Origin: Eledone cirrhosa
Taxonomy: Eukaryota
Assembly (NCBI GenBank): GCA_964016885.1
Contig: OZ024743.1
Span: 242,110,001 to 242,174,000 of the forward strand
DNA length: 64,000 nucleotides
Direction: 5' to 3'
This document shows positions 14,965 through 28,419 of the stretch, in pieces. The notes under the pieces are model-generated. The model was not told where the DNA came from. It saw nothing but the letters and a program-made list of their open reading frames with translations, and searched no databases. The translations under genes were made by a program, and so were the position numbers. Within the stretch, counting starts at the first letter, position 1. Each line of letters begins with the position of its first letter.

Positions 14965-15850
14965 GCTGTTGTTGTTGTTGCTGTTGTTGCTGTTGATGTT
15001 GTCGTTGCTGTGGATGCTGCTGCTGTTGTTGATATTGCTGTTGCTGCTGCTGTTGTTGCTGCTGTTGCTGCTGCCGTTGTTGCTGTTGTTGTTGCGGCTG
15101 CTGCTGTTGTTGCTGTTGCTGTTGTCGTTGCTGTGGCTGCTGCTGTTGCCGTTGTTGCTGTTGTTGCTGCTGTGGCTGCTGCTGTTGTTGCTGTTGTTGT
15201 TGTTGCTGTTGTTGCTGTTGTTGTTGTTGCTGTTGCTGCTGTGGCTACTGTTGTCGTTGTTGTTGCTGCTGTTGCTGCTGCTGCTGTTGATATTGCTGTT
15301 GCTGCTGCTGTTGTTGCTGCTGTTGCTGCTGCCGTTGTTGCTGCTGTTGCTGCTGCCGTTGTTGCTATTGCTGTTGCTGCTGTTGTTGCTGCTGTTGTTG
15401 CTGGTGCTGCTGCTGTTGTTGTTGTTGTTGTTGCTGTTGTTGTTGTTGTTGTTGCTGCTGCTGTGGCTGCTGATGTTATTGCTGCTGCTGTTGTTGCTGC
15501 TGTTGTTGCTGCTGTTGTCGTTGCTGCTGTGGCTACTGCTGCTGTTGTTGTTGCTGCTGTTGTTGCTGATGTTGTTGCTGTTCTTGCTGCTGTGGCTGCT
15601 GCTGTTGTCGTGATTGCTGTTGCTGTTGCTGCTGTTGTTGCTGCTGCTGCTGCTGTTGTTGTTGTTGTGTTTGCTGTGGTTGCTGCTGTTGTTGTTGTTG
15701 TTGTTGCTGCTGTGGCTGCTGTGGTGTTGTTGTTGTTGTTGTTGCTGCTGTTGCTGCTGCTGCTGTTGTTGTTGTTGTTGTTGCTGCTGTGGCTGCTGCT
15801 GTTGTCGTTGTCGTTGTTGTTGTTGCTATTGCTGTTGTTACTGTTGTTTA
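14480..15850. repeat. Long mixed (GTT/GCT)n triplet tract
   Basis: Direct inspection; source of the poly-V/A, poly-L and poly-C ORFs. Confidence 0.95.
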
Positions 15851-16318
15851 TCTTTACGTCAGAGCTGAATTACTAGAACTGTCATCAAAGACACTCCATC
15901 CACGACGATGCCATCTATACTTCAGACAATAAGTGTACGCAGAACTGCGTGATCTAATTTATTATTCCTTTCTTAAGATGATAGCGTAGTAATGATGATG
16001 ATAGCGATAAGGAAGAGAGAAGAGGATAGACAAGGAAAGAATGGGAGTAGTATGGACAGGTGGAAGAGCAGAAGGACGAGGGGTAGAGAACAGGATGCCA
16101 TAATGATGTGGAAAACAAATTACATTACTAATCATATCTGCCAATCATTTCTAAGCTGTTAAATTAAGATGGCTACATGTATGTATATTTATGTAAGTGT
16201 ATATTCTTGTCTGTAGGAATTTGTCAATACTAGCTTTCGGTGTATGTTAGCGTGGAAGTGAATTTAAAGAAAATTGTGACGAAGGCAGTTTCTTATATGT
16301 ATACGTATATACTTATAC

Positions 16319-16908
<590 letters not shown>

Positions 16909-16951
16909 TGTATATGTGTGTGTCCGCATGTATCTGTGTGTTTCTAAATAT

Positions 16952-16994
<43 letters not shown>

Positions 16995-16998
<4 letters not shown>

Positions 16999-17223
16999 GA
17001 ATAATCGAGTATCGGAAAATCAGCTCACGAATTAACGATAAACAAATCCGATATGAGTGGCAGAGGGCTCAATAATTTTGATAAATCAGAGCTATAACTA
17101 TCGTTAAATTACCAACACATAAAGATTAAGCCTAAAATCACCCGTGCAGCCGAAAAAGAACGACCAGGAAGATTCGCGTCACTCAAATAAAATATCAATA
17201 AATCAATAATTTAAATGAATGTA

Positions 17224-17225
<2 letters not shown>
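16995..17225 (-). mobile_element. TA-embedded element (family C), longer copy
   Basis: Shares its 3' end with 9630-9720; TA runs on both sides. Confidence 0.7.
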
Positions 17226-17262
<37 letters not shown>

Positions 17263-17264
<2 letters not shown>

Positions 17265-18214
17265 GTGGGAAATTCCTTCCTTGCTCACATTTCAACCAGG
17301 TTTGAGGGTCTTTATTCTCTCGTTCACGATTCCACCGAATTTATATTCATAGAAATCTGGGACTTGTTTCTTCTTCATCACTTTCTGTTGCTTAAACCAT
17401 TTTGTTTGTTTACCCTAGCGTCCCCCTTATTTACGGGTCCCAACGACTTTTTTTAGCCGTTGCTCGCACCAACCTGAGGTATATGGCCTTTAATGCGACG
17501 AAATGCCTACGACGGTTGGAAGGTTACTGATGAGGACAAACTTTTTCATATGTAACCCATTTGCAGAGCCGCAGCTACATTACTATCATATTTACACATA
17601 TATTTTTTCCTCCGCTGCCACCAGTCTGTTTCGTTCTTTGTGTCTTTACCCTTTCCAGCAGTCTCTCTCTCTCTCTATTAGCCTCTTCCTCACCTTTCAC
17701 TCACTCACTCTCTGTCACTACCTCTCCTCCTCCCCTTTCTTCCCGTTTGACCTGTCCGTAATCCTTTTCTCGCGGGCACTTGGCCAAGCCGGTACGAATT
17801 TTTTTCTCTCTCTCTCGTCTGCGACTTCACAGAACTTATGTTTACCGAATTCGTAGACCAGACCCCTTCTTCCTCCCGTTAGACCTGTGCGAAATTCCTT
17901 CCTTGCTCACATTTCAACCAGGTTTGATGGTCTTTATTCTCTCGTTCACGATTCCACCGAATTTATATTCATAGAAATCTGGGACTTGTTTCTTCTTCAT
18001 CACTTTCTGTTGCTTAAACCATTTTGTTTGTTTACCCTAGCGTCCCCCTTATTTACGTGTCCCAACGACTTTTTTTAGCCGTTGCTCGCACCAACCTGAG
18101 GTATATGGCCTTTAATGCGACGAAATGCCTACGACGGTTGGAAGGCCACTGATGAGGACAAACCTTTTCATATGTAACCCATTTGCAGCGTTGCAGCTCC
18201 ATTATTATTATATT

Positions 18215-18219
<5 letters not shown>
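17263..18219. mobile_element. TA-embedded non-coding element with ~335-bp terminal direct repeats
   Basis: 17263-17600 is repeated at 17885-18219 (period 622) around a ~285-bp spacer. Confidence 0.8.
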
Positions 18220-18249
<30 letters not shown>

Positions 18250-18638
18250 GTTATCATATACATAAAGTTAAAGATATATATATGTTGCAACTGTTCACTT
18301 TTAAGCCCTATGAAGAATTAATAAATTAAAATCAAAACATCAGAGCATTATATCATAAATCATGTCTTTAGAATCATCAGATATTAAAATATATACTATT
18401 TCTTCTTCTAATTAGCATAATTAACCATATACAAAGTCCATCCTAGCAAGCTATAAGAATAAATTCTCTTATGGGGAAATCTCCGACAAATAATCGATCG
18501 TAGCCTCTTCGCGTCGGCCCCGTCTCATTATTTATCCAACATTTCGACAGCATGTAGAATCTGACCAAATATACCATCAACCACACGCAATTAGTAGTAA
18601 AATTAAACTTAGAAGAAATGCGTACATACCGTAATTAT

Positions 18639-18714
18639 ATCTCTACCATGGTTTCTTCCTTATTTAGGACTTCCAAATAATATGGATGTCCAGAGTTAGG
18701 TTTCATCAGGAGAT
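18639..18714 (-). ncRNA. Minimal type-I hammerhead ribozyme
   Basis: Reverse complement of the motif at 18965-19040. Confidence 0.75.
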
Positions 18715-18964
18715 AAACTCAAAATCAGACATCTAGTTTTTCTATCCGATCCCGCCAAATTTAGATTAAAAAATGGCTAAAAATCGCTATGTAGCTGTTT
18801 TCCAGCCAGAGAGAAAGAGTGTGATTGGTTGCTTACGGCGGGTAGGCATGCTGCTAGAAAGCGCAGCCATATATCGCCAAACAATTACATAGCGATTTTT
18901 AGCAATTTTTTAATCTAAATTTGGCGGGATCGGATAGAAAAACTAGATGTCTGATTTTGAGTTT

Positions 18965-19040
18965 ATCTCCTGATGAAACCTAACTCTGGACATCCATATT
19001 ATTTGGAAGTCCTAAATAAGGAAGAAACCATGGTAGAGAT
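18965..19040 (+). ncRNA. Minimal type-I hammerhead ribozyme
   Basis: atctc-CTGATGA-[long imperfect stem II]-GAAAC-catg-GTA-gagat; palindromic ccatgg helix III. Confidence 0.75.
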
Positions 19041-19469
19041 ATAATTACAGTATGTACGCATTTCTTCTAAGTTTAATTTTACTACTAATTGTGTGTGGTT
19101 GATGGTATATTTGGTCAGATTCTACATGCTGTCGAAATGTTGGATAAATAATGAGACGGGGCCGACGCGAAGAGGCTACGATCGATTATTTGTCGGAGAT
19201 TTCCCCATAAGAGAATTTATTCTTATAGCTTGCTAGGATGGACATTGTATATGGTTAATTATGCTAATTAGAAGAAGAAATAGTATATATTTTAATATCT
19301 GATGATTCTAAAGACATGATTTATGATATATATATATATATATATTTATTTATTTATATATATGTATATATATAAACGTTTATATATATACGTATAGTCA
19401 TATATATATTTGTCTGTGTGTGTACGTATGTGTATACGTATGTGTATACGTATATATACACGTATATAT

Positions 19470-19511
<42 letters not shown>

Positions 19512-19538
19512 GTATGTATGTATGTATGTATATACATA

Positions 19539-19601
<63 letters not shown>

Positions 19602-19610
19602 ATATATATA

Positions 19611-19974
19611 AAGAATGATTAATAAAACAGGTAGACATCATAAAAAGATAATTTATTCCAAGTGTTTACAAATGTTTCTTTTGTAGTTATACACCCTAGT
19701 CATTACCAATTTGCATATAGCATGACTAGGCTGTGTAACTACTAAAGAAACATTTGTAAACACTTGGAATAAATTACCTTTTTATGATGTCTACCTATTT
19801 TATTAACGATTCTTCATCTACACTCCGGAATATAAAGGAATAGGAAACCAAGTTTCTTTAACTGTTCTTTTGTAACTCGTTGAGTAACCCCTCACCGTAC
19901 GTCGACTCCATCTAGTGTAGTAATTAACCATTACTGCATTCAGGATACTCCTAAGCATTTCTTGCATAATCTAA
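19611..19974 (+). mobile_element. Fold-back element carrying a hammerhead 3' half
   Basis: Arms 19611-19703 and 19722-19814, tail to 19974; GAAAC-attt-GTA at 19747-19758; TA flanks. Confidence 0.75.
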
Positions 19975-22900
19975 TATATATATGTATATATATATATATA
20001 TATATATTATCTATGTGTGTGTGCAACCAAAAAGGAATTCGCAACACATATCATGGAGTTTAAATATTTGCATCAACGGTAGATTTGTTGTTGCTCAACG
20101 TGTTACAGATGTAAAAATACGCCAGAACTTTCAAGGTTTTTCCGATTTTAGAGGTGCAGCATCCACCAATTTTAAAGAAATTGTATTCGTCGATGATGTA
20201 TAACATTCGTTCCTATTAGTCGATTTGTTTGCTGGAGAACATATCTCAAAGAAACTACGGTCACCGTGACCTTTTAATAAAGTCATGGTCTCGCATAGCC
20301 TACAATAACTTCCCATGACGTCCGAGTTTTGTGCACAAAAAAAGAGAAGCCAAAACTAATGAGTTTCTATTGCTCTCTAGTCTGAGGTCATTTCTGATAA
20401 AGCACACCAATAAAGTCACTGTATTCATCGCCACCCTATCTATTGTTCTATATATATGTACAAAATAATTTTATTTATTTATGGAATATATCATGCAAAT
20501 ACAGTTTAATAGAAAAAGAAAAAAGGGAAAATTTAGATTGAGAAGAAAGAATGGAATATAAAATTGGAAATATAAAAAAAAAGAAAAAAAAACGGAAACG
20601 GGAGGGTTTCTTAAACATAGTGTAGGCCACACTACATTATCTAATGATTCCTTCCTTTTCTATGACGCCATGGTATGATATGAGTGATATTTGTCTGCTA
20701 TTTCTAGCAGGTCGTGCGATCCTTGGGTGGCTCTCTCAAGCTCTTCATTTGTTGCAAAGAAGGCAGAGAATTAATCCTTGCGTCGGATACATAGTAAGAA
20801 TGCTTGTAAAGAAGTGGCCACCGTTAAATACACCCAAACGCCAATTTTACAACAGACCACGGGTTAACGTTACCAACCGAGAACAGGTATACTCCCGGTG
20901 ATTGGTTTAGTTGCAACGCTATGGTACACCTGAGGTTAAGGTAGAAGACACTTTTCCAAGATGCTCCGAAGTAGTATTGAACCTGATGGTGAACTAACGT
21001 TCTGTTATGTGCATCATAAAAGCTATTTATTGTTTTCAGCGAAGGTATTTATAGGATATAAGTCACTTCCATGTTTTATGAATATTCATAATTTAATGTT
21101 ATATATTCTAATTCTAATTCTCTTGGAGATGTATGTAGGTCATTTCTGTTAAGAAGTGGTAAAGTTAAATCTTAATTAACGATGAAGAAAGTCAGTTGGA
21201 ATATTCCGAAATAGAGATTTAGTTCCAGAATCTTCATTTCAATTACTTTCTGTAGTTGATTTGCTATTCTTTAACTGTTGCCTACCTGCCAGAGGATATT
21301 TTTGTGTTATCTTTAAATTACACGAGGTAACCTCATAGAAAGTGATTTTCTAAAGTTATACGCTAATATCCACTGAACAGTTATGCTTAAATATTTTCTT
21401 AGAATCGGGGAGATATTTTAAGTTGGTTTGTATTGATTCGATTCTTTGTTTTGTTTTACTTTTGTTTGTTTTTTTATTTTGTTGTCTTTTTTTTTTTTTT
21501 ACTTTTTACTCAATATTATTTGATTTCAACAGTACCATTAGATCGTGAGATATTCAGATTTTGTGACAAAGTAAGGCTTCTACACGTATTAAATGTTTAT
21601 CGATCTTATCGATCTATGAGTTTGGTGAAAGGCGATAAAATAGCAAAGATATTTGTCAGTATTATTCCTCTGTTTCTTATCTCAGTCTTATTATATTATC
21701 CCTTCCCCCCAGTGATTTGTTTAAAACCTCGCTTAACTATATCTACGAATCTTTTGTTCTGCAGTTGGAGTGTAATAATCTATGTGCATGTGTAATTCCA
21801 TTTTCTTGGCAAAAGACGGGGAAAACATTCGCTATATACTGTGTTCCATTACTAGTTACAGTAAGTGGAGATATAATAGACTGACAAGACAATAAAAATA
21901 CTATGAAAACTGTTGCTTCTATAATCACGTGATTACCAATAGAGGTTAGCGGTCACTTTATAGACGAGACCAATACTAGAAGAAATTGTTGACTTTTATT
22001 AGACATTCGTATGGTTTGGCTGTTTGAAAAGATGGTTAGTTGCTAGTTTAGTGACAGAGGTTCATATTTAACATTGTTGAATAAGAATTTTTTCTAGCAT
22101 GGATACACGCCCACACACTTTGGAAACTGAATATAGTTGACTATATATACCACAGTACTTATTTCATCGATTACGGAAAGATGGAATGGAACATAGAAGG
22201 ATTTGTGGAATACAGATTTTATTCAAAGAAAACCACTAGGTTTGGAGTGAATCATATAAATTTAGGAATTCTGTAAGTATAAGCTACGTTGCCAATGACA
22301 TACTTTCATTTTCATAATCTTTTTTTTCTTTTAATGATAACATATTGTTGACATTCTGGGGTGACCGCAAAGGTCTACATATTGTAAAAATATGAGTGAT
22401 AAGGAGTTCGATAAGTAAGGCAGTGCCATAACTGTATGTAGTTTGGCAAATAAATTAATGGTCAGAGAGCATCAATCACTTTACCGAATATATATAGTTG
22501 GTTTATATTTTTATAGGAAAATGATAGTCTTATGACTCTATTGACCAGCGCTGATGTTTGTCAGTATAATGTACAGACAATAATTCTTTATGATCTATGA
22601 ATAGTTTATATTTTTCGTAAAATATCTTGAGGAAATTCTGTGTATTAAACATAATTCTAAGGTCTTTTTTCTCTATATTATACGGTGTGTTTTTTCTACA
22701 GAATCCAATGATGTATCAAGGTGAATGACATTCATGTAAATGAACAATTTTAAAATGAAACAAGAAATTACATCATCTTTAATTAGAGTAGATAGCCGCG
22801 AGAAACATTTCAAGATTTAAACCGACGTGGAATAACAAATAGTTCAATGCTAGGAAGTCTTTGACTTCATTTAGATCGATATCACGTTTGTTGAATAAAT

Positions 22901-23826
22901 CCATTCGGTATCTTTCGACAAAAGCGATTTAAACATGCTACAGAGTTGTATATTTCGAGTAAGAGGGCGCTATAAAGATTGATTATGCCAAACATAACGG
23001 TGTGTAGAACGTTAAAGTTACGTGTGAGTGACATATTCTTAACAGCTTCAATACTTCCTTGACTTCTATCGAAGATAAATCCCAAATATGTTATCCATTA
23101 AGAAAAGTTACGTTTACCCCATCTGATTAGAAAGCTACGTTATTTTATTCTGATCTGGATTAAATCAATTCGTTCCAAAGAATGTGTACATCGTTACGTC
23201 TTACAATGATGTCATCCATTCGTGACATGACACACAGATTACCAGTTAGCATAGTATCGATCTAAAAACGGTTTTAATGAGTTTTTATAATTCAAACGTC
23301 CTTCTATTAAAGTTAAACGTGTATTTTTTGCCTATATGTTTCCTGTTTTGAGTTACATATACAAATCTGAAAGAATTTATGAATATTAATATGTTTCCAG
23401 AGAAGCATTGTGACCGATAGAAAAGCAAATGTGAATGCATAATGAACCATTTTGTTGTAGTTTTGTCCGGCTTTTAATTTGTCTCAATTTTACCAACTAA
23501 TAAATTAATGTCTAGTATATTTTATTTTTTGTCAATTACCGTAACATCAACATAAAGCGTTGGAAATTGGAAAATCAGAAGACATAAATCGGTCAACAAC
23601 TACATATTTGCTTTGAAGTTAATGTATTTTCCTCAACATTTCCGAGTATATCAGTAAATTTACTAATAATATTTCGTGTAACGCAAACTTGATTCTTTAA
23701 ATAGCCCCTTTATGTTCTGAATTTAAATCCCATCAGAGTAAACTTTGCTTTTCATCTTCCAGGATCGATAAAATACGTACCTATCATGTAATGTTGTCGA
23801 TTAATTAGATGACTGATTCCCCACCT

Positions 23827-23878
<52 letters not shown>

Positions 23879-24124
23879 CAATTACGCGCGCGCACACACA
23901 CACATGCAATTACGCGCGCGCGCACGCACACATACACACATACACACACACGCACACACACGTACAAACACACGCACACATAAAAAGAAATGTGTAACCT
24001 TGTACATCGGTGAGAATTAGTATTTGACAGGGACTTGTTTACCGTACCAGGAAGGAGGAGAACCAAATTCCCTTCGGTCGAATAATAATACTTTCAAATC
24101 GAAATGAAATCTTTCTAGTTACTA

Positions 24125-24390
24125 CTAATAATAATTGTTTCAACTGTTGGCACAAGGCCAGCAATTACCTCAGTGCATTACTGGTACTTCCTTTTATCGA
24201 CCCCGTAAGGGTGAAAGGCAACAATAATAATGGTTTCTGGTTAAGACAAAAGGCCAACAACTTTAGGGAAAGGGAAAGTAGAGTAAATCGACACCAGTGC
24301 ATTACTGGTGCTATATTTGAATTCAGAACGTAAAGGGCCATAACAAAGCATGGTGTCTGACGCTCTACCGATACTGCCAATCCACGGCCC
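24125..24390 (-). mobile_element. Family-1 SINE pieces in tandem
   Basis: Antisense ggcacaaggccagcaatt, tttatcgaccccgtaagg, ctaccgatactgccaatcc. Confidence 0.8.
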
Positions 24391-24431
24391 TATTAATGAA
24401 AATAATATTAATAATAATAAAGAAAACATAA

Positions 24432-26785
24432 TGCTTTCTTTATTAACCAAAAAAGGGTTTATAAAATATACATTAAGGGCAGCACAGGACGGTACAGGAT
24501 GATATAAATATGGGTTTCTGCGTGTATAAAAAAAAACAGAGAGAAACAAAAACAAAAGATGTACCAAAAAGTAGGAAACAAAGAAACTAACTCCAATAGG
24601 AATGAGACCACTGAGGTTTACCTGTGAAGAAAGCCCACAAAAGCCACGGTTACCCTGACCGCTAGGGCAAGTACCCTCTCCCAGTTGGCCTGCTACAATG
24701 CTACATGCTCACGCTCTGGGCATGTCCATTCACACGGGCCATTCTTGCTCCTCTCATCCACCTTTCAATAAACTGGTTGGAAGACAGTACTTCCTTCTAC
24801 CCCCAGATTTTCCTTTTCAGGTGAAACCTGAAGACGTTAATGGGGGTGTCGGCAAAGAGGAAAGTGCCCGTCTCCAAACCTATTTCACCATGGCCACCAA
24901 ACAGATAAAAATTGTCTTTCCCGGTTAAAGGAAGGCGGCGGGGCAATCCTCACGATGGACTCAGCTGATAGCCGGATCCGTCCTACACGTGACAGCAGGT
25001 GTTCGACATAAAGCCACAAGTCAGCAATGTTCGGACACTGGACGAGTGTGTGCAAGATGGTTTCATCGTCCTATGCGCATCTTGGACAGGTCCGGCTGAC
25101 GACACTTCCATGCCTGTAGGGTTTATCTCGAATAGGCAAAGTTCCTCGGTAGCACTGCCAGGCCAGGGATTTGTGGAAGCTATCCATGGACTCCGGTCCG
25201 AAACTTCTCCCGAAGAGATTGGCTAGTTGATTTTCATAAACGCCCAGAGTCTCCCCAAGGACGCCCCCCCCCCGCCCCCACTAACCCTTTATAAAACGCG
25301 GACGTGGAGTTTCCACTGATCGCAGCTCCGGACTGATCGAAGGCTGTGAGCGCCTGAAGACATTCCAGTCTCCAAGCGCTTCCTCTCAGTCTTCGCTTGA
25401 CCCAGGACTGCAGTTCCGCCAAGGAGATGAGTTAGAGATACCGTAGCCTCAGTGCATGTCTGTGCATCATCAACCATGGCACGCCAAGCCCTCCACGTAG
25501 CGGTTGTTGACAGCAGCTGGACCATCTAACCATCGGAGCGTGTCCCTTCCACAAAAAGCGAAATAGCAAACGCTGAAATACAGTCAGACGAGACTTAGGA
25601 CAAAACAAGACGGTCAGGCGGTAATAGATGACGCGTTCAATGTACACGTTCACCACCTCTGCCCGAACTTTCAGGGATATCTTTCTCTTGTCCCATTTCT
25701 GGGTGAGAGAGGCCACCCTGTTCGTTACCTCGTCCAAGTTTTTGTGTGTCTGAAGGTCTGATTCAAAACAGACCTCTGGCAATTTAACCGGTCCGTCCGT
25801 CCAGCTTCCGATGAAGTTGTTGGACGGTATGAACCTGCCACACCAGGTGCCAAGGCGCAGGTCCATCGATTTTCCTGGTTAATCTTAGCTCCTGTCACCG
25901 CCACGCAGTCTCTTAGTTTACTGCCGAACGCCTTAATGTGTTTGGCACTCGACACCACTACGGTTACATAAGCTGACACGGTTCTCCTGCATCCCAATTC
26001 GCGGCGGATGCCCCCAATATCTCCAGTGTGTGGAGTAATGGCTCTAGAGTCAATACGTACAACAAGTACGAGAGGGGACAACCTTCTCTATCACCACAGA
26101 GCAGATGCCGCTGTGCATGGCAGCGAACCACCCCCTGAAACCAGGCTCAAAGTCGGCCGCCCTGAGGCCACCAGGTATTAATGGTCGACCCTATCGAATG
26201 CTTTCGATTGATCTAAATTGATCAGGGTCCCATTCGTGTCAGGTTCCTTTGCTACCTTCTCCACGATGTATTGAAGTTGCTGTCGGAGGATCTGTTTAGA
26301 ATGACGCATATTTGCTCCTCTCCCACCAGTCTCCCGACGACAAGCGCCAACCTCGTTTGTAATGCTTTGTCCAATATTTTGAACTCTGCGTTCACCAGAC
26401 TTATGGGCCTTAAATTATCTACGTTGTCTCCCTTGTTCGGTCCGATCTAAGCAACGCCACCGCTCCTTGGCTCACAGAAATGGGAATTCTCCTGTTCTTC
26501 AGCCAGTTACAGTACACGTCTTCCAAGAAGTGATCGAACAAGTCTGGCACGTGTACGTAAACTTACCCTTTTCCGCTGGCAACGCTCAGCACCACCAACT
26601 TGCTTTCTGGGTCCAAGAAGATGACCCGTATCTCGAGATCCAGACCTCTCCGGAACAACACTGCAACTCCACCCCCAGATCTCTGACGGCTTGGCCATGC
26701 ATATACCACGTAGCCGCCAAAAATGGGTGCGAATTCTCGTGTTTCAGAGATTCTGGTCTCGCTAATGCCCACCACATCTATGGAG
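24432..26785 (-). pseudogene. Decayed, internally deleted Tx1/L1-type LINE ORF2 plus 3' UTR
   Basis: Fragments ISETRISE..GGGVAVLFRRG, WTDGPVKL and FRFLWKG match ORF2 at 36110-39529; 3' UTR matches 39540-39780. Confidence 0.92.
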
Positions 26786-26799
26786 AAGACGAATCTTAA

Positions 26800-27925
26800 A
26801 TTGATCTAAATATCTGAATGGAATTTGACTTACAAGAATGTGATGTACTCATCCTGAAGTGGGGCAAGATCAAACACGTGGATGGAAAAACAATACCTTC
26901 AGGAGAGATCATGAAGCAAATAGATGATAATGGCTGCGAATATCTGGAAATTTTAGAAAAGAATAACTTGATGGAACAGTAAATGAAAACTAAGTCTGCA
27001 GAAAAATACTTTAGGAGAGTGAAATTGATTCTAAAATCATAGTTGAATGGCAGAAATAAATATAAAGAGTGGTTCGGTAGACAGTAAACAGGTTACAATA
27101 ACTGGATAGGAAAACAAGGAAGTTACTCACAATGAACGGAACCTGCTATTCAAGGAGTGTTGTTGACAGATTATATTTGTCATGAAAGAAAAGAGAGAGA
27201 GGACTCGGCAGTTGTGAAGCATGTGTGAGTGCAGAAGAGAATAACGTAGGTTGGCACATAACGAATGACACTGAACCACTGCTGTTGGGAGAGAAAAAGG
27301 CAAATGTGTTGAAAATTGAAGATTGCAAAGAAAAAACAGAATACAAGAAGAAAATTGAAACTGAAAGGAGGTGGAAAGAAAAGACGATGTTTGGACAATT
27401 TTACCGGGACAGAGAAGGCAAAACGGATTTGGGAAGCGGTGGCTATGAATGCAGAAAAGTGTCATTAAACCAGAAACGGAAGCTTTAATTTGTGCAGCAC
27501 ACGAGCAAGCGCTGGGGACAAATTATGTTAAACACAAAATCAACAACTCAGGTGGAGATGTGCAGAGAAAAGGGAGAAACTGTGTGGTATGTCACCAGCC
27601 AGTGAACAAAGCTGATACAGAAAGAATACCAGCGATGCCATGATAATCATTCATAAGCAGTTATGCGGAAAATACAGCTTCTAAAGATCAAGCAAGTGGT
27701 ATGAGCACAAACTAGAAAGCGTTATAGAAAATGACCATGTCAACATTCTATAGAACTTTATGGTCCAATGTGACCATGAAATTTAACATAGCAAACGAGA
27801 TCTTGTGGTAAGGAGCAAAGTTAACTAACAATGTTTGATTCTGGATGCAGCGTGACCCACTGAAAATTAAGGTTTGTAACAAAGAATTGAAGAAGGTTGT
27901 AAGATACGAAATCTATATTAGGTGT
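26800..27925 (+). pseudogene. Old R4/Dong-like LINE C-terminal fragment
   Basis: KYLEILE, KPETEALICAAHEQALGTNYVKHKI and KWYEHK..VIEND motifs parallel the Dong ORF; many stops. Confidence 0.8.
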
Positions 27926-28015
27926 CAGAAGACGTGGCTCCAACTATGCAAAAACGTTCGTCGTGCCAAGTTCATTGAGCAGAATATTCTCAACTCTCTC
28001 GTATATATTATTATT

Positions 28016-28404
28016 CGTGAATTGGCAGTATCGGTAGAGGGCTGGACGCCATGCTTTCTAGCATAGTTACGTCCATTTACGGTCTGAGTTCAAATCCCGT
28101 CGAGGTTAACTTTGCCTTTCATCCTTAAGGGGGTCGATATAATAAAGTACCAGTAATGTACTTGGTTATTGCTGGCCTTGTGACTAAAAGTAGAAAGAAA
28201 TATTATTATTATTATTATTCGGTGAATTGGCTGTATCGGTAGAGAGTCGGACGCCATGCTTTCCAGCATAGTTACGTCCCTTTACGATCTGAGTTCAAAT
28301 CCCGCCGAGGTTGACTTTGCCTTTCATCCTTACGGGGTCGATAAAATAAAGTACCAGTAATGCACTGGGTAATTGCTGGCCTTGTGCCTAAAGTAGAAAC
28401 AATT
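28016..28404 (+). mobile_element. Two tandem family-1 SINEs
   Basis: A/B boxes, central domain, (ATT)n spacer. Confidence 0.92.
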
Positions 28405-28419
28405 ATTATTATTATTATT

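Larger units (their letters stand above)
18247..19329 (-). mobile_element. Large fold-back element with a hammerhead in each arm
   Basis: ~450-bp near-perfect inverted arms 18350-18800 and 18879-19329; unpaired tail 18247-18349; TA flanks. Confidence 0.9.

Noticed and set aside
14470-15876. 468-aa Val/Ala-rich membrane-like protein
   Set aside because: Stop-free only because of the GTT/GCT repeat; starts at TTG; no domain
17490-17545. Hammerhead in the direct repeats (CGAAA...CTGATGAG)
   Set aside because: Stems cannot be paired in type I, II or III topology
18350-19329. MITE or foldback DNA transposon interpretation
   Set aside because: The asymmetric unpaired tail and the hammerheads fit a retroelement fold-back better; not fully excluded because TA flanks would hide a TA target duplication
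28016-28110. tRNA gene
   Set aside because: A/B boxes belong to a SINE head; no cloverleaf
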